Assembly (NCBI GenBank): GCA_965206645.1
Contig: CBDBKE010000004.1
Location: forward strand, 1,344,001 to 1,408,000
DNA from: Terriglobia bacterium
GTDB taxonomy: Bacteria > Acidobacteriota > Terriglobia > JAJPHL01 > JAPKYU01
Direction: 5' to 3'
DNA: 64,000 nt
Shown here: one piece after another, positions 49,298-59,086 of the stretch
How the letters are laid out: each line of letters starts with the position of its first letter
Position numbering within the stretch: the stretch's first letter is position 1
Translations under genes and position numbers: made by a program
The notes under the pieces: generated by a model
Databases searched by the model: none
Told to the model about the DNA's origin: nothing
What the model saw: only the letters and a program-made list of their open reading frames with translations

Positions 49298-50939
49298 AGC
49301 GGCCCCGGACCAGCGCCAGGCAGATGCGGTCAATCAAACGGGTGATCCGACGGCCGCGAACCTTGTGGTTGTTGACCATGATGGAAAACGCCAGGCACAC
49401 TCCCTTCTGTGTGGTGGTCTGTGTGGTGGCATAGCCAGAGAGCACAGTGACGTGCCCTAGCATGCCGGTCTTGGCCAGCACGCGGCCCGTCGCGGCAGTG
49501 TTGCGCAAGCGCCGCTTGAGGGTGCCGTCCACGCCCGCGACCGGAAGCAGGTCCAGCCAGGTATCCCGGAATCGCCGCCGGTCCATGTACTGCAGTAACG
49601 CCACAACGGCGGTGGGCGTCACCAGGTTCCGACGCGAAAGCCCTGACCCGTCGAAGAACAGATACTCATCCTTGGGAACGCCCGCCCGGTTCAGAAACTC
49701 CTTGAGTTCTTCCATCGCGGCGGCCACGCTGCCAATGCCGCGCCGCTCGCGGGCAACCGTGCGCAACAAGATTTCGGCATGCAGGTTTTGGCTGACCTTG
49801 TTGACCACCTTCAGGTCTTCCACCAGCGGGTGAGACTGGTGGCTGGCCAGCACCCGGCGACTGGAGATTTCCACCGGGATCGGGGGCTCGCCGACGGTCT
49901 TCAAATCCTCAAACTCGGAGGGGTGAGCGTGCCGGACACGCACCTGCCCATCAACCACGACACCGCGCTGCCGCAGTGCTGCGTGCAAGTACTTGCCGGC
50001 AAACAAAGCCGGGTCCTCCAGCGCCACCTCTTCGCGGGCTCCCCGGCCGCCCATCGGAATGCGTCCCCACAGCTTCAGCGTGTAGCTGCCCGGCTCTCGG
50101 CGGACGGAGATGCGGCGCGTGGCGCCGTCACCGCCAGCCTTCGAGACCGAGGGCCGCCGGGCCGATCGCCGCCCGCGCGCTAGCACCGTGACCACCCGAT
50201 TCTCGATGCGGTAGTAGTCCTGGGAGGGCTCGAGCTTGACCATCGCCGGGTCTCCGGGCCTCTCGCCCGGCAGCACCTCCACGGCCAAGACGTTGTCGTT
50301 CACACTGAGCGCCGAGACCGGCGCCCCGTAGGACCAAAGCAGATCGTCGTAGGTCCAGCCTTTCCCATAGCGCTCGAAGACGAAGTAGGTATCGTCGGCC
50401 ACCAGGTCTCCACTCACGTGGTGGATGCCGCGGGCGGCGACCTGCTCGGCCAGCTCGTCCAGCGCCCGAAGCGGCGGCCCTTTGCTCCGGGTCTTTCCCT
50501 TGTAAGGCAGGACGCGCGCCGAAATGTTGGGATCGCCGCGGCCCACCAGCCACAGGTCGCCGGCGATCCGCCCGTTCGCGTCCGGCGCTACTTCGCTTTC
50601 CACCGTGGTGTAGAAGCGGAACTGCGGCCCCAGGGTGGCCAGCGCCAGTGCTGTGGTGAACAGTTTGCTATTTGAGGCCGGCGTGAAGAACTTCTGAGAG
50701 TTGTGCGCGTAGAGAGTCTTGCCGGTCTTTAGCGAGACAACCTTGACGCCCCAGTGTGCGCGGCGGGCGTCAGGCTCCGCCAGAATCGCGGCGATGCGCC
50801 GGCGGAGGCTGCTGGCCGCTGGCGGCGCCTTCGGCTTGGCTAGCGGCGCTTTCGGCTTGGCCGGCACGGCGGCTGAGGCCAGCACGGCCACCGCAAGCCA
50901 TACAGCCAGCAGATATCGGCTCTTCCGATCGGCCCACAT
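49296..50939 (-). CDS. dacB: D-Ala-D-Ala carboxypeptidase/endopeptidase (PBP4, S13)
   Basis: PASNSK, SQN, DGSGLSR, KTG. Confidence 0.93.
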   Translation of the reverse strand: MWADRKSRYLLAVWLAVAVLASAAVPAKPKAPLAKPKAPPAASSLRRRIAAILAEPDARRAHWGVKVVSLKTGKTLYAHNSQKFFTPASNSKLFTTALALATLGPQFRFYTTVESEVAPDANGRIAGDLWLVGRGDPNISARVLPYKGKTRSKGPPLRALDELAEQVAARGIHHVSGDLVADDTYFVFERYGKGWTYDDLLWSYGAPVSALSVNDNVLAVEVLPGERPGDPAMVKLEPSQDYYRIENRVVTVLARGRRSARRPSVSKAGGDGATRRISVRREPGSYTLKLWGRIPMGGRGAREEVALEDPALFAGKYLHAALRQRGVVVDGQVRVRHAHPSEFEDLKTVGEPPIPVEISSRRVLASHQSHPLVEDLKVVNKVSQNLHAEILLRTVARERRGIGSVAAAMEELKEFLNRAGVPKDEYLFFDGSGLSRRNLVTPTAVVALLQYMDRRRFRDTWLDLLPVAGVDGTLKRRLRNTAATGRVLAKTGMLGHVTVLSGYATTQTTTQKGVCLAFSIMVNNHKVRGRRITRLIDRICLALVRGR

Positions 50940-50949
50940 TGCGAGTCCT

Positions 50950-51918
50950 TCAGAGCAGCTTCGCTGCTTCCTTGGCGAAGTAGGTCAGGACGATATCCGC
51001 GCCAGCGCGCCGGATGGCCACCAGCGACTCCATCATTGCGCGCTCGCAGTCGATCCACCCGAGCCGTCCGGCCGCCAGGATCATGGAATACTCGCCGCTG
51101 ACCTGGTAGGCCGCCACCGGCACTCGAAACTCCTGACGGACGCGGCAGATCACGTCCAGATAGGGCATCGCCGGCTTGACCATGACCAGGTCGGCGCCTT
51201 CCTCGATGTCCAGCGCCACTTCGCGCAGCGCCTCGCGCTGGTTGGCCGGATCCATCTGGTAGGAGCGCCGGTCGCCGAACTGCGGCGTCGAATTGGCCGC
51301 CTCGCGGAATGGGCCATAGAACACCGAAGCGTACTTGGCGGCATAGGAGAGGATAGCGACCTGGTTGAAGCCGGCTGCGTCCAGGGCGCTGCGAACGGCG
51401 GCCACGCGGCCATCCATCATGTCCGAGGGCGCTACGATGTCGGCACCGGCGCGCGCCTGCGACACCGCGGTCCGCGCCAGCAACTCCAGGGTGGCGTCGT
51501 TGTCCACCTCGCCGTTGCGGATGCGCCCGCAGTGTCCGTGGCTGGTGTACTCACAGAGGCACACATCGGTCATCACCAGCAGTTCGGGAACCGCCCGCTT
51601 GATGGCATCCACGCCCCGCTGCACGATCCCGTCGTCCTGGTAGGCGCCCGAACCTTCCTCGTCCTTGCTCTCCGGCAGGCCGAATAGCAGCACCGCCGGG
51701 ATGCCCAGGTCGGCCACTTCTCGGCATTCCCCGGCAAGGCGATCCACCGAGAAATGGTATTGGTTCGGCATGGAGCGAATCTCCTGTCGCACTCCGCTGC
51801 CCGGGCAAATAAACAGGGGATAGACCAGATTGCGCGGCGACAGCCGGGTCTCCCGCACGAAGGCGCGCAACAGCTCGCTGCGCCGCAGACGTCGGGGCCG
51901 CGTGGTGGGAAACGCCAT
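50950..51918 (-). CDS. hemB: Porphobilinogen synthase
   Basis: [35 protein letters not shown]. Confidence 0.97.
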   Translation of the reverse strand: MAFPTTRPRRLRRSELLRAFVRETRLSPRNLVYPLFICPGSGVRQEIRSMPNQYHFSVDRLAGECREVADLGIPAVLLFGLPESKDEEGSGAYQDDGIVQRGVDAIKRAVPELLVMTDVCLCEYTSHGHCGRIRNGEVDNDATLELLARTAVSQARAGADIVAPSDMMDGRVAAVRSALDAAGFNQVAILSYAAKYASVFYGPFREAANSTPQFGDRRSYQMDPANQREALREVALDIEEGADLVMVKPAMPYLDVICRVRQEFRVPVAAYQVSGEYSMILAAGRLGWIDCERAMMESLVAIRRAGADIVLTYFAKEAAKLL

Positions 51919-52004
51919 CCTAAAGATGATACCACGCGGCGATCGCGGTCCCAGATCGCTGTGATACAAGCTGTGCTACAAGAGAGGGCGGACAGGAACG
52001 CCGG

Positions 52005-52305
52005 ATGCTCTCCTGTCTGTTTGTCTATGGCACACTGCAACGCGGCCAGCCGCTGCACCATGAGCTGGTGCGGGCGAGGGCCGAGTGCGTGGGCTGCGCT
52101 CGAATGTCCGGCCGGAGCTACGGCCGCCGGCGACCACGTGATCCCCGGTGAGCTCCATCGCCTGCCGGAGCCTGAGCCAGCGTTGAGGCACCTGGACACA
52201 GTGGAAGGCAGGCAGTTCCACCGGGCCACGGTGCAGGTCACGCTCGATAATGCGGAACTGCAGCAAGCGTGGGTCTATTTTCTCAAACGGCCACCGCCCG
52301 GCTGA
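52005..52305 (+). pseudogene. Gamma-glutamylcyclotransferase-family gene with an internal frameshifting deletion
   Basis: MLSCLFVYGTLQRG in one frame; GELHRL...LDTVEG...AWVY in another; YP segment missing. Confidence 0.75.
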
Positions 52306-52409
52306 AGCCGGCAACACCTGGTCAGGTTTCAGCGGCTGCTCTGCTATACTCCGATTTCCCGTGGAGGCCCTGCCTCTCGGACCTTCAGATTCTTTCATCG
52401 GACGAACCT

Positions 52410-53123
52410 ATGGGCTCACAGCCACAAGCCCAGCCGCAGCCGGAGTTGCTGAGCCGGGCTTCCGCGGAGCAGCTGGCAGAATTGTTGAAGGTTCTGGGAG
52501 ACCCACACTTGCTGCTGGAGGCCGGGCTGCGGCTGGCGATGCAAGTGGTGAGTGCGAAGCGAGGCCTGGCATTCGACACGGCAGGCCAGATGGCTAGCGC
52601 TGGCATGACTCCGGAGGCGGCGGAAACCATCCGGAAGGAAAGGCTGGGCCAGCTGTTGGTGGGGGCTGGCGTGCGCTGCTACTCGGGTCCCGGGTTCGCC
52701 GACCCCGTTGCTGAGGGCGCGGCGGCGGTAGTGGGCATGGCGGTGGTCATCAGCGCCCCAGGGGGCGCCTCCGTGCTGGCGGTCGAGCGCGACCAGCGGC
52801 CCTTTGATCCTACCGACCAGCAGGTTATGGCCGAGATGCTGCACCTGCTCGCGCACCCCTTCGAGCAGACTGCAGCAGCGACTCGCCTTCGCCGAGACGG
52901 CAAGCTGGGCCCAAACGGCGAGCCTGAGGCCCGCAAACTCAGCCCGGCGGAACTTCCTCTGGACAGGCTCGAACCCTCTCCGCTACTGCAGGAAATGGAG
53001 CGGCTGCTGATCCGGGAGGCACTGAACCGTTGCGGCAATAACCGCACGCGGGCGGCGGCCGCCCTGGGACTGACCCGCGAAGGACTCCGCAAGAAACTCA
53101 ACCGCTACGGAATCGGCAGCTGA
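52410..53123 (+). CDS. Fis-type HTH protein with a GAF-like N-terminal region and no AAA+ domain
   Basis: ERLLIREALNRCGNNRTRAAAALGLTREGLRKKL; no Walker A or GAFTGA. Confidence 0.7.
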   Translation: MGSQPQAQPQPELLSRASAEQLAELLKVLGDPHLLLEAGLRLAMQVVSAKRGLAFDTAGQMASAGMTPEAAETIRKERLGQLLVGAGVRCYSGPGFADPVAEGAAAVVGMAVVISAPGGASVLAVERDQRPFDPTDQQVMAEMLHLLAHPFEQTAAATRLRRDGKLGPNGEPEARKLSPAELPLDRLEPSPLLQEMERLLIREALNRCGNNRTRAAAALGLTREGLRKKLNRYGIGS

Positions 53124-53440
53124 AATTGCTGCCGGAGCCGGTCACCATAGATTTCAGCAAAGTATAATTCCTAACGGAAGCCTACCTTCCGCCGCACCCT
53201 GGAGTTGGGCGGCGAAGAGAAACCGGTTCGAATGAAGCGCAGTTCCCTGATTGAATATTTCGCGAAGCGCGGGTGGCCTCGTTAGCAGCTTCATGAAGGC
53301 CTCGAAGTCCCATCTCCAACCAACTGCTGGAAAACAGCTTAATTGCCCCCATGCCGGTGGCACCTCGGCAAGCTCTTCGAGCGAAAGAACTGCGAGTGTT
53401 CGCAAGCCGTTCTGAGCGTCCGGGCAACCCTATCCCAACC

Positions 53441-53983
53441 TTACTTGAACCCGCGGCGCCGCTGCTCGCTGTAGCGGCGCAGGGCGTCCTCCATGATGGG
53501 ATAAGCCTTCGCCGCCGGTTGGATCTCATCCACTTCCACCGCCTTTCCTTCCAGTTGCTTGTAGTCCTGGAAGAAGCGGCGCAGCATCATGAGCCGGTGG
53601 GGCGGCATCTCGCTGGCTTCCCGGAAGGCTGTGAACTCCGGGTCCTGGGTAGCCACGCCGATAATCTTGTGGTCCTTCTTGCCGGCGTCGATCATGGTCA
53701 TCAACCCGATGGTGCGCGTGTGAATGATGGTGAGGGGCACGACCGTTTCCTGGCAGAGCACCAGCACGTCGAGCGGGTCATCGTCCTCAGCCAGCGTCTG
53801 GGGAATGAATCCATAGTTGGCAGGATAGTAGACGGCCGAATACAGCACGCGGTCGAGTTTGATCAGGCCACTCTGCTTGTCCAACTCGTATTTGACGCTC
53901 GAGCCGGAAGGGATCTCGATGACGCTCAGGAACTCCTGAGGGATATTTTCACCGGGCGTGATGTCATGCCAGGGATGAATCAT
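53441..53983 (-). CDS. ppa: Inorganic pyrophosphatase, family I
   Basis: [29 protein letters not shown]. Confidence 0.96.
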   Translation of the reverse strand: MIHPWHDITPGENIPQEFLSVIEIPSGSSVKYELDKQSGLIKLDRVLYSAVYYPANYGFIPQTLAEDDDPLDVLVLCQETVVPLTIIHTRTIGLMTMIDAGKKDHKIIGVATQDPEFTAFREASEMPPHRLMMLRRFFQDYKQLEGKAVEVDEIQPAAKAYPIMEDALRRYSEQRRRGFK

Positions 53984-54125
53984 GCTGAGGTCCACTCCTC
54001 GCAGCTCGGGTGCACATGCCGCGGAGCATTCGGTACGGCCGAGCGCAATTCCAGCGCGATCCTTCCCTGCCCGGCCTGCCCGGCCTGCTCCCTCGGGCGC
54101 CCGGCGCCTGCAACTGGCGGCCATG

Positions 54126-54509
54126 CTACCATGCAGCGATTCGCCTCCGCCGAAATCTCAGTCCGTGCAGCCCCCCGTGCAGCGCAAGGATGAACACACA
54201 AAAGCCTGCCGCGCTCCAGGCCAGCAGTCGCTCGGAGACGTTCGGATACACCAGTGCCTCCAGATAGTGGATGAGGAAAGACTCTTGATATGGCGCCATT
54301 CCGGCGCGGCTCTGCGCCCACTGCTCCACCAGAGTTAACGGACACCACCAGGGGCCCAGCTCAATCACGATACTATAGAGCAGCGACAGGATGTGGAGGG
54401 CGCGCAGCCAGGGCCGGCTGCGGGTCAGCAGCCAGCCTAGCGCCACCCACACAATCCAGGCCAGATGCAGTGTCAGGACAGCCGCGGCCAGTGCTAAGTA
54501 GAGATTCAC
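54126..54509 (-). CDS. DUF2784-family membrane protein
   Basis: LHLAW, LH, CPLTLVE, FLIHYL. Confidence 0.75.
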   Translation of the reverse strand: MNLYLALAAAVLTLHLAWIVWVALGWLLTRSRPWLRALHILSLLYSIVIELGPWWCPLTLVEQWAQSRAGMAPYQESFLIHYLEALVYPNVSERLLAWSAAGFCVFILALHGGLHGLRFRRRRIAAW

Positions 54510-54596
54510 AGCAATGCGACACCCCTATTGTAACAGCCTGTACCGCAGGCGCCCGAAGCGCAGTAGAATAGACGGCCAACACGCAGGAGGTTCCGA

Positions 54597-55010
54597 ATGG
54601 CCGACAAGACCCAACAGGATAAGACCCACAACAGTGATGCGGATTGGCGGGCCCAGCTCACCCCCGAGCAGTACCACGTGACCCGCCAAAAGGGCACCGA
54701 GCCGCCGTTTACCGGCGAGTTCTGCGACGCCAAGGACCAGGGCACCTATGCTTGCGTCTGCTGCGGCCAGCCGCTGTTCAGCTCCGAGGCGAAGTTCGAT
54801 TCGGGCACGGGCTGGCCCAGCTTCTATGCGCCGCTGGAGGGGGACAACGTCGCCGCCCACCCGGACCACAGCCTCGGCATGGCGCGCACCGAGGTGACCT
54901 GCGCCCGCTGCGACGCGCACCTTGGACACGTCTTTGAGGACGGCCCTCGTCCTACCGGGCTGCGCTACTGCATCAACTCAGCCGCTCTCGACCTGCACGA
55001 AAAGGAGTAA
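54597..55010 (+). CDS. msrB: Peptide-methionine (R)-S-oxide reductase
   Basis: GTEPPF, GTGWPSF, HLGHVF, RYCINS. Confidence 0.97.
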   Translation: MADKTQQDKTHNSDADWRAQLTPEQYHVTRQKGTEPPFTGEFCDAKDQGTYACVCCGQPLFSSEAKFDSGTGWPSFYAPLEGDNVAAHPDHSLGMARTEVTCARCDAHLGHVFEDGPRPTGLRYCINSAALDLHEKE

Positions 55011-55141
55011 TGGCCGCGAGTATACTGCCTGAAGAGGGTCTGGGGGCGATGCTAGAAGTAATCTGCTTTCTCACCTACAAGCCCGACTCTCAGTCCGCTA
55101 TCCCCCCGAAGAGGCCTTGCCGATCTGAGCGCGCGCCGGGT

Positions 55142-56458
55142 TCAGACCAGCTCCTTGATCGGTACACCGGTCGCGTCGTCAATGGAGTTGGCGATCTTGA
55201 CCGGACGCCCAATGGGCGTCATGTAGGTTTTCTCCCAGTCAATTCCGAAGGCCTTGTAGATCGTCGCGTAAACGTCGCCCATGGTGACCATGCGGTCGGC
55301 CACATAGGCGGCTCGCTCATCGCTGGCTCCAACGACCTGCCCACCCCGAATCCCGCCACCTCCCAGCACCAGAGACCAGCATTCCGGCCAATGGTCCCGG
55401 CCGTGGTTGGGGTTGATTTGGGGCGTGCGGCCAAACTCGCCCGTCGCAATGACGATGGTCGATTCCAGCAAGCCGCGCTGCTCGAGGTCATCCAGTAAGG
55501 TCGAAAGAGTCTGGTCCAAGCTGGGCGCGAGGGTCTCGCGGTGGCGTTTGTCGTTATCGGCGTGCGTGTCCCATTCGATGTGCTTGTACCCGGCCGCAGT
55601 CACAAAGCGGGCGCCGGCCTCGACCAGCCGTCGCGCCAGCAGCGTGCCCTGTCCGAACGGATTGCGGCCGTAAGCGTCCTTGAGCTTCTCCGGCTCTTTG
55701 GACATGTCAAAGGCTTCTCTTACCTTGGGGGAAAGGAGCATTTTCCAGGCCGCCTCGGTGAAGCGGTCCATCTTGCCGTACTCCGCTTCCTCGAACTTCT
55801 CGCGATACATCCGGTCCACGACCTTCAAAGCCGAAAGCCGGTCCTCGATCACCTGCTCGGAAATCGATTTGGGCAGGCTCAGATCGGGCACCGCAAAGTC
55901 GGGACGGCTGGGGTTGGGAACGACCATCGGCTCGTACTTCGGACCGAGATAGTAGGACCTGAAGAACCGTTCCAGGTCCAGGCGATCGGTCACAACGTAG
56001 GGAGGGATCTCATTACGCGGGCTCATTTCCCGGGCAATGATCGAACCCACCGAGGGGAACTGCATGGCCGGGTTGGGCCGATGCCCGGTGAGCATATAGT
56101 GGGTCGCCTGGGGGTGGTTGTTTTCCTCCGTATGCATCGAGCGAATGATCGCCAGCTTGTCCATGCGGCGCGCCATCTTCGGCAACAACTCCGAAATCTG
56201 GATGCCCGGCACATTGGTGGAGATGGGCTTGAACGCGCTGTTGCTGGTCAGCTTAGGATCCCAGGTGTCGATCTGGCTGGGACCACCCTCCAGCCACAGC
56301 ATGATGCAGGCCTTGGCCTTGCCGGTGGGCGCCAAGTTTTCCGCCGCCATCAGGTAGTTGCGCAGACTGATCCCCAGAAAGCTCAGCGCACCGACGCGCA
56401 GAAAATCCCGGCGTCCGAAGCCCGACTCCACACACTGGATACAGTTTGTCTTACTCAT
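55142..56458 (-). CDS. DUF1501-domain protein with Tat signal
   Basis: GRRDFLRVG, GGPSQIDTWDPK, ARRLVEAG, WDTH, GEFGRTP, GRDHW. Confidence 0.9.
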   Translation of the reverse strand: MSKTNCIQCVESGFGRRDFLRVGALSFLGISLRNYLMAAENLAPTGKAKACIMLWLEGGPSQIDTWDPKLTSNSAFKPISTNVPGIQISELLPKMARRMDKLAIIRSMHTEENNHPQATHYMLTGHRPNPAMQFPSVGSIIAREMSPRNEIPPYVVTDRLDLERFFRSYYLGPKYEPMVVPNPSRPDFAVPDLSLPKSISEQVIEDRLSALKVVDRMYREKFEEAEYGKMDRFTEAAWKMLLSPKVREAFDMSKEPEKLKDAYGRNPFGQGTLLARRLVEAGARFVTAAGYKHIEWDTHADNDKRHRETLAPSLDQTLSTLLDDLEQRGLLESTIVIATGEFGRTPQINPNHGRDHWPECWSLVLGGGGIRGGQVVGASDERAAYVADRMVTMGDVYATIYKAFGIDWEKTYMTPIGRPVKIANSIDDATGVPIKELV

Positions 56459-56477
56459 GACGTTCTCCTGAATCTCC

Positions 56478-59069
56478 TCAGTGGTTCGTGACAAACTCCC
56501 TGGAGCTGATCACGGCCCAGACGATGTTTCGGATGGCCTCCGGCCGTGAAGCTCTGGTGCTGATCCACTGCTGCACATCCTTCTGTTCGGCCTCCGAAGG
56601 AAAGCGCGACAAGGCCGCAAGGTAAAGCTCCTCGATGATCTTCGCGTCGGAGGCTCCACTCTTTAGGAGGCGGTCAATGCGTCCGCCCTCCTTCGAAAGC
56701 TTCTCGGTGTAGGTCGTTCCGGCCAGCATATGCAGGGCTTGCTGTAGGTTGCTTTCGTTCTTGCGCTCTGGGACCGCCATCCGGTTCGGCATCCCATACA
56801 CTTCGAGGAACCGTATGGGATAAACATCAGGCTCAACCATACGGACCGCACGAGACCCCGGAGGCAGCGTGCCGGGCAAATGCTGCTTCGAGCCGTGACG
56901 CAACGTCTCTGGAACCCCGGTGGCCGAGGAAATGGCATCGAGCAGCACTTCGGCGTCAAGCTGCCTGGGGATGAAGCGTGAGTAATTGATGCGGTCATCG
57001 GCGTTCGTCTCGTTCGGCAGCCTGGAGAGCTGATAGGTCCGGGAGTTGACGATGGTTCGCATCAGACGCTTGAGATCGTGGCGCTTGAGATCGTGGCCAC
57101 CTTCCCGGAAGTCTTGGGAGAGCGCTTTCAGAAGCTCCGGGTGGGTTGGCGGATTCGTGGAGCGAAAATCATCCACCGGATCGACGATGCCCCTCCCGAA
57201 GAAGTATCCCCACATGCGGTTGACGGCGGCCTCGCCGAAGTAAGGATGCGAGGTCATCCATTCGGCCAGTTCCCAGCGCAGGTCCCCCCGCTCTGACTCC
57301 GGCAACTCTCGCCCATCGAGGAAAGTCGGCTGGACCACCGCTTTGGTCCGCGGATGCGTCACGAACTTGCTCCTTCCCGTCTGGCCATAGTCGACTTCCT
57401 GGCCGGCCGGGTCGTCGTAGAGCACCGAACCGTGCAGATTGCTATCCTGTGGACCAAACTTCACCCCACTCATCCGGCCGAAGAACGCGGTCAAGCCCCA
57501 AAACTGGTCCTGGCTCCAGGTCTCGAAGGGGTGATTGTGGCACTGCGCGCAATCGAATCTCCGTCCCAGGAAGACGCGCACCTCCTCGCCCATCTTCTGT
57601 TCCGGGTTCCGCTCTTCTCCGGCAGGAAAGTAATGGGCGGCGGCGGCACCGGCACCCTGCGCGGCGATTCGCTCACGGGCGATCTGGTCATAGGGTTTGT
57701 TCGCGGCGATGCTCGAGCGAATCCATTCAAAATACGCCTGTGCCGATCGCGGGTTAATCTGGTTCGCGTATCGGGCCACGCGGAACACGTCGGCAAAGCG
57801 GTAGGTCCAGAAGTCCACGAATTCCGGCGTGTTCAGCAGAACTTCCACCACCTTCTGCCGTTTCCGCCGATCCTTGCTGGCCGCAAACTCGCGCACCCGC
57901 TCGGTCGGCGGCAAGACCCCGGTCAGGTCCAGGCAGACACGACGCAGGAACTCGTTGTCACTGGAAAGCTTGGAAGGGATGATGTTGAACTTCTTCAGCT
58001 TGGCGAACACATAGTCGTCGATGAAGTTGTTGTGCGGCACTTTCGGATACCGCGCGATGGGCTTGCCAATCACGCCGACGCTGGTGCTCGTCGCAAACCC
58101 TGCCGCACGAACCATCACCGAAGTTTCCCCCGTCCGCGCCGCAGCCACCTGGCCTTGCTCATCCACCTTCACTACCTCGGAGTTGTTCGAGGCGTACAGC
58201 ACCTGGTCGCTGATGTCCTCCTGCTGGCCATTCGACAGATGCGCGGTCACCAGCAGTCGGTGTTTGCCCTCCGGAGCCAGAACCACTTCGCGAGGCTCCA
58301 CCTCAACCCGAACCACCCGCACGCCCTCCTTGTCGCCTTCCTCCCCGTACGGCACACCGTTCCGCACCCAGTTCAGGATCGTTTCGTAGTCCGCCGAGTT
58401 CGGACGCAAGGGCTGCCCGCCCCCGTGCGAAACACCCATCGTCGCTTTCATCAACAGCAGGCTCTTCTCGGGCTCCTTCAGGTTGATCCGCGGAATCTTT
58501 TCACCTGCCTCTGTGGTCAGGACCTGGAACGTCCCCCCTTCCACAATCCACTGGTAATCGTCGCGCGCGTACAGCGCGTTCAGAGACAGCTTGAATCCGC
58601 CCTTTCCCTTCACACCCCCGTGACAGGAGCTGTCATTGCAGCCGCGCTTGGTGAGGATGCCGCCGATATCCCGGGCGAAGCTGAACGGGCGGGTTTCCTG
58701 CGAGCCCTCCACTCGAACCTCGGTCTTGACCGACCGTCCTTCCAACGACGCCGTCAAGACCGCCGTTCCGTCGGCCAGCGCCACTACTCGTCCCTCGGCA
58801 TCCACCTTCGCCACCTTGGAATCAGAAATCGAAAACCGGCTCTCGGCGGTAACGTCTCGCTCCAGACCATCGCTGTATTTCCCAATAACCAGGAAATGCT
58901 GGGATGCCTTCGCTCCCCACAGTGTTCGCTCCTGCGGTATCAATCGCAAGGACCGCAGTTGGGGGGGGGCAGACACGGCCTGGGAAGCGCTCGACAGGCC
59001 CAGAACGGCCCCAACCAACAGGACCGTCCATCGTCTTTTCTGTCCGACCAACATTGTGTTCACCAACAT
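56478..59069 (-). CDS. DUF1549/DUF1553 protein with Ig-like (Big_2) repeats and CxxCH
   Basis: FLRRVCLDLTG, CAQCHNHPF, NRMW..FFGRG, NPPTHPELL, CNDSSCHG. Confidence 0.88.
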   Translation of the reverse strand: MLVNTMLVGQKRRWTVLLVGAVLGLSSASQAVSAPPQLRSLRLIPQERTLWGAKASQHFLVIGKYSDGLERDVTAESRFSISDSKVAKVDAEGRVVALADGTAVLTASLEGRSVKTEVRVEGSQETRPFSFARDIGGILTKRGCNDSSCHGGVKGKGGFKLSLNALYARDDYQWIVEGGTFQVLTTEAGEKIPRINLKEPEKSLLLMKATMGVSHGGGQPLRPNSADYETILNWVRNGVPYGEEGDKEGVRVVRVEVEPREVVLAPEGKHRLLVTAHLSNGQQEDISDQVLYASNNSEVVKVDEQGQVAAARTGETSVMVRAAGFATSTSVGVIGKPIARYPKVPHNNFIDDYVFAKLKKFNIIPSKLSSDNEFLRRVCLDLTGVLPPTERVREFAASKDRRKRQKVVEVLLNTPEFVDFWTYRFADVFRVARYANQINPRSAQAYFEWIRSSIAANKPYDQIARERIAAQGAGAAAAHYFPAGEERNPEQKMGEEVRVFLGRRFDCAQCHNHPFETWSQDQFWGLTAFFGRMSGVKFGPQDSNLHGSVLYDDPAGQEVDYGQTGRSKFVTHPRTKAVVQPTFLDGRELPESERGDLRWELAEWMTSHPYFGEAAVNRMWGYFFGRGIVDPVDDFRSTNPPTHPELLKALSQDFREGGHDLKRHDLKRLMRTIVNSRTYQLSRLPNETNADDRINYSRFIPRQLDAEVLLDAISSATGVPETLRHGSKQHLPGTLPPGSRAVRMVEPDVYPIRFLEVYGMPNRMAVPERKNESNLQQALHMLAGTTYTEKLSKEGGRIDRLLKSGASDAKIIEELYLAALSRFPSEAEQKDVQQWISTRASRPEAIRNIVWAVISSREFVTNH

Positions 59070-59086
59070 CTCCTCAGCTCCGCCCG

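Noticed and set aside
53232-53285. Short ORF MKRSSLIEYFAKRGWPR after a TATAAT box, superficially like a HicA N-terminus
   Set aside because: Only 17 codons, no GSH motif in the downstream frames I read, and no antitoxin; too weak to call.
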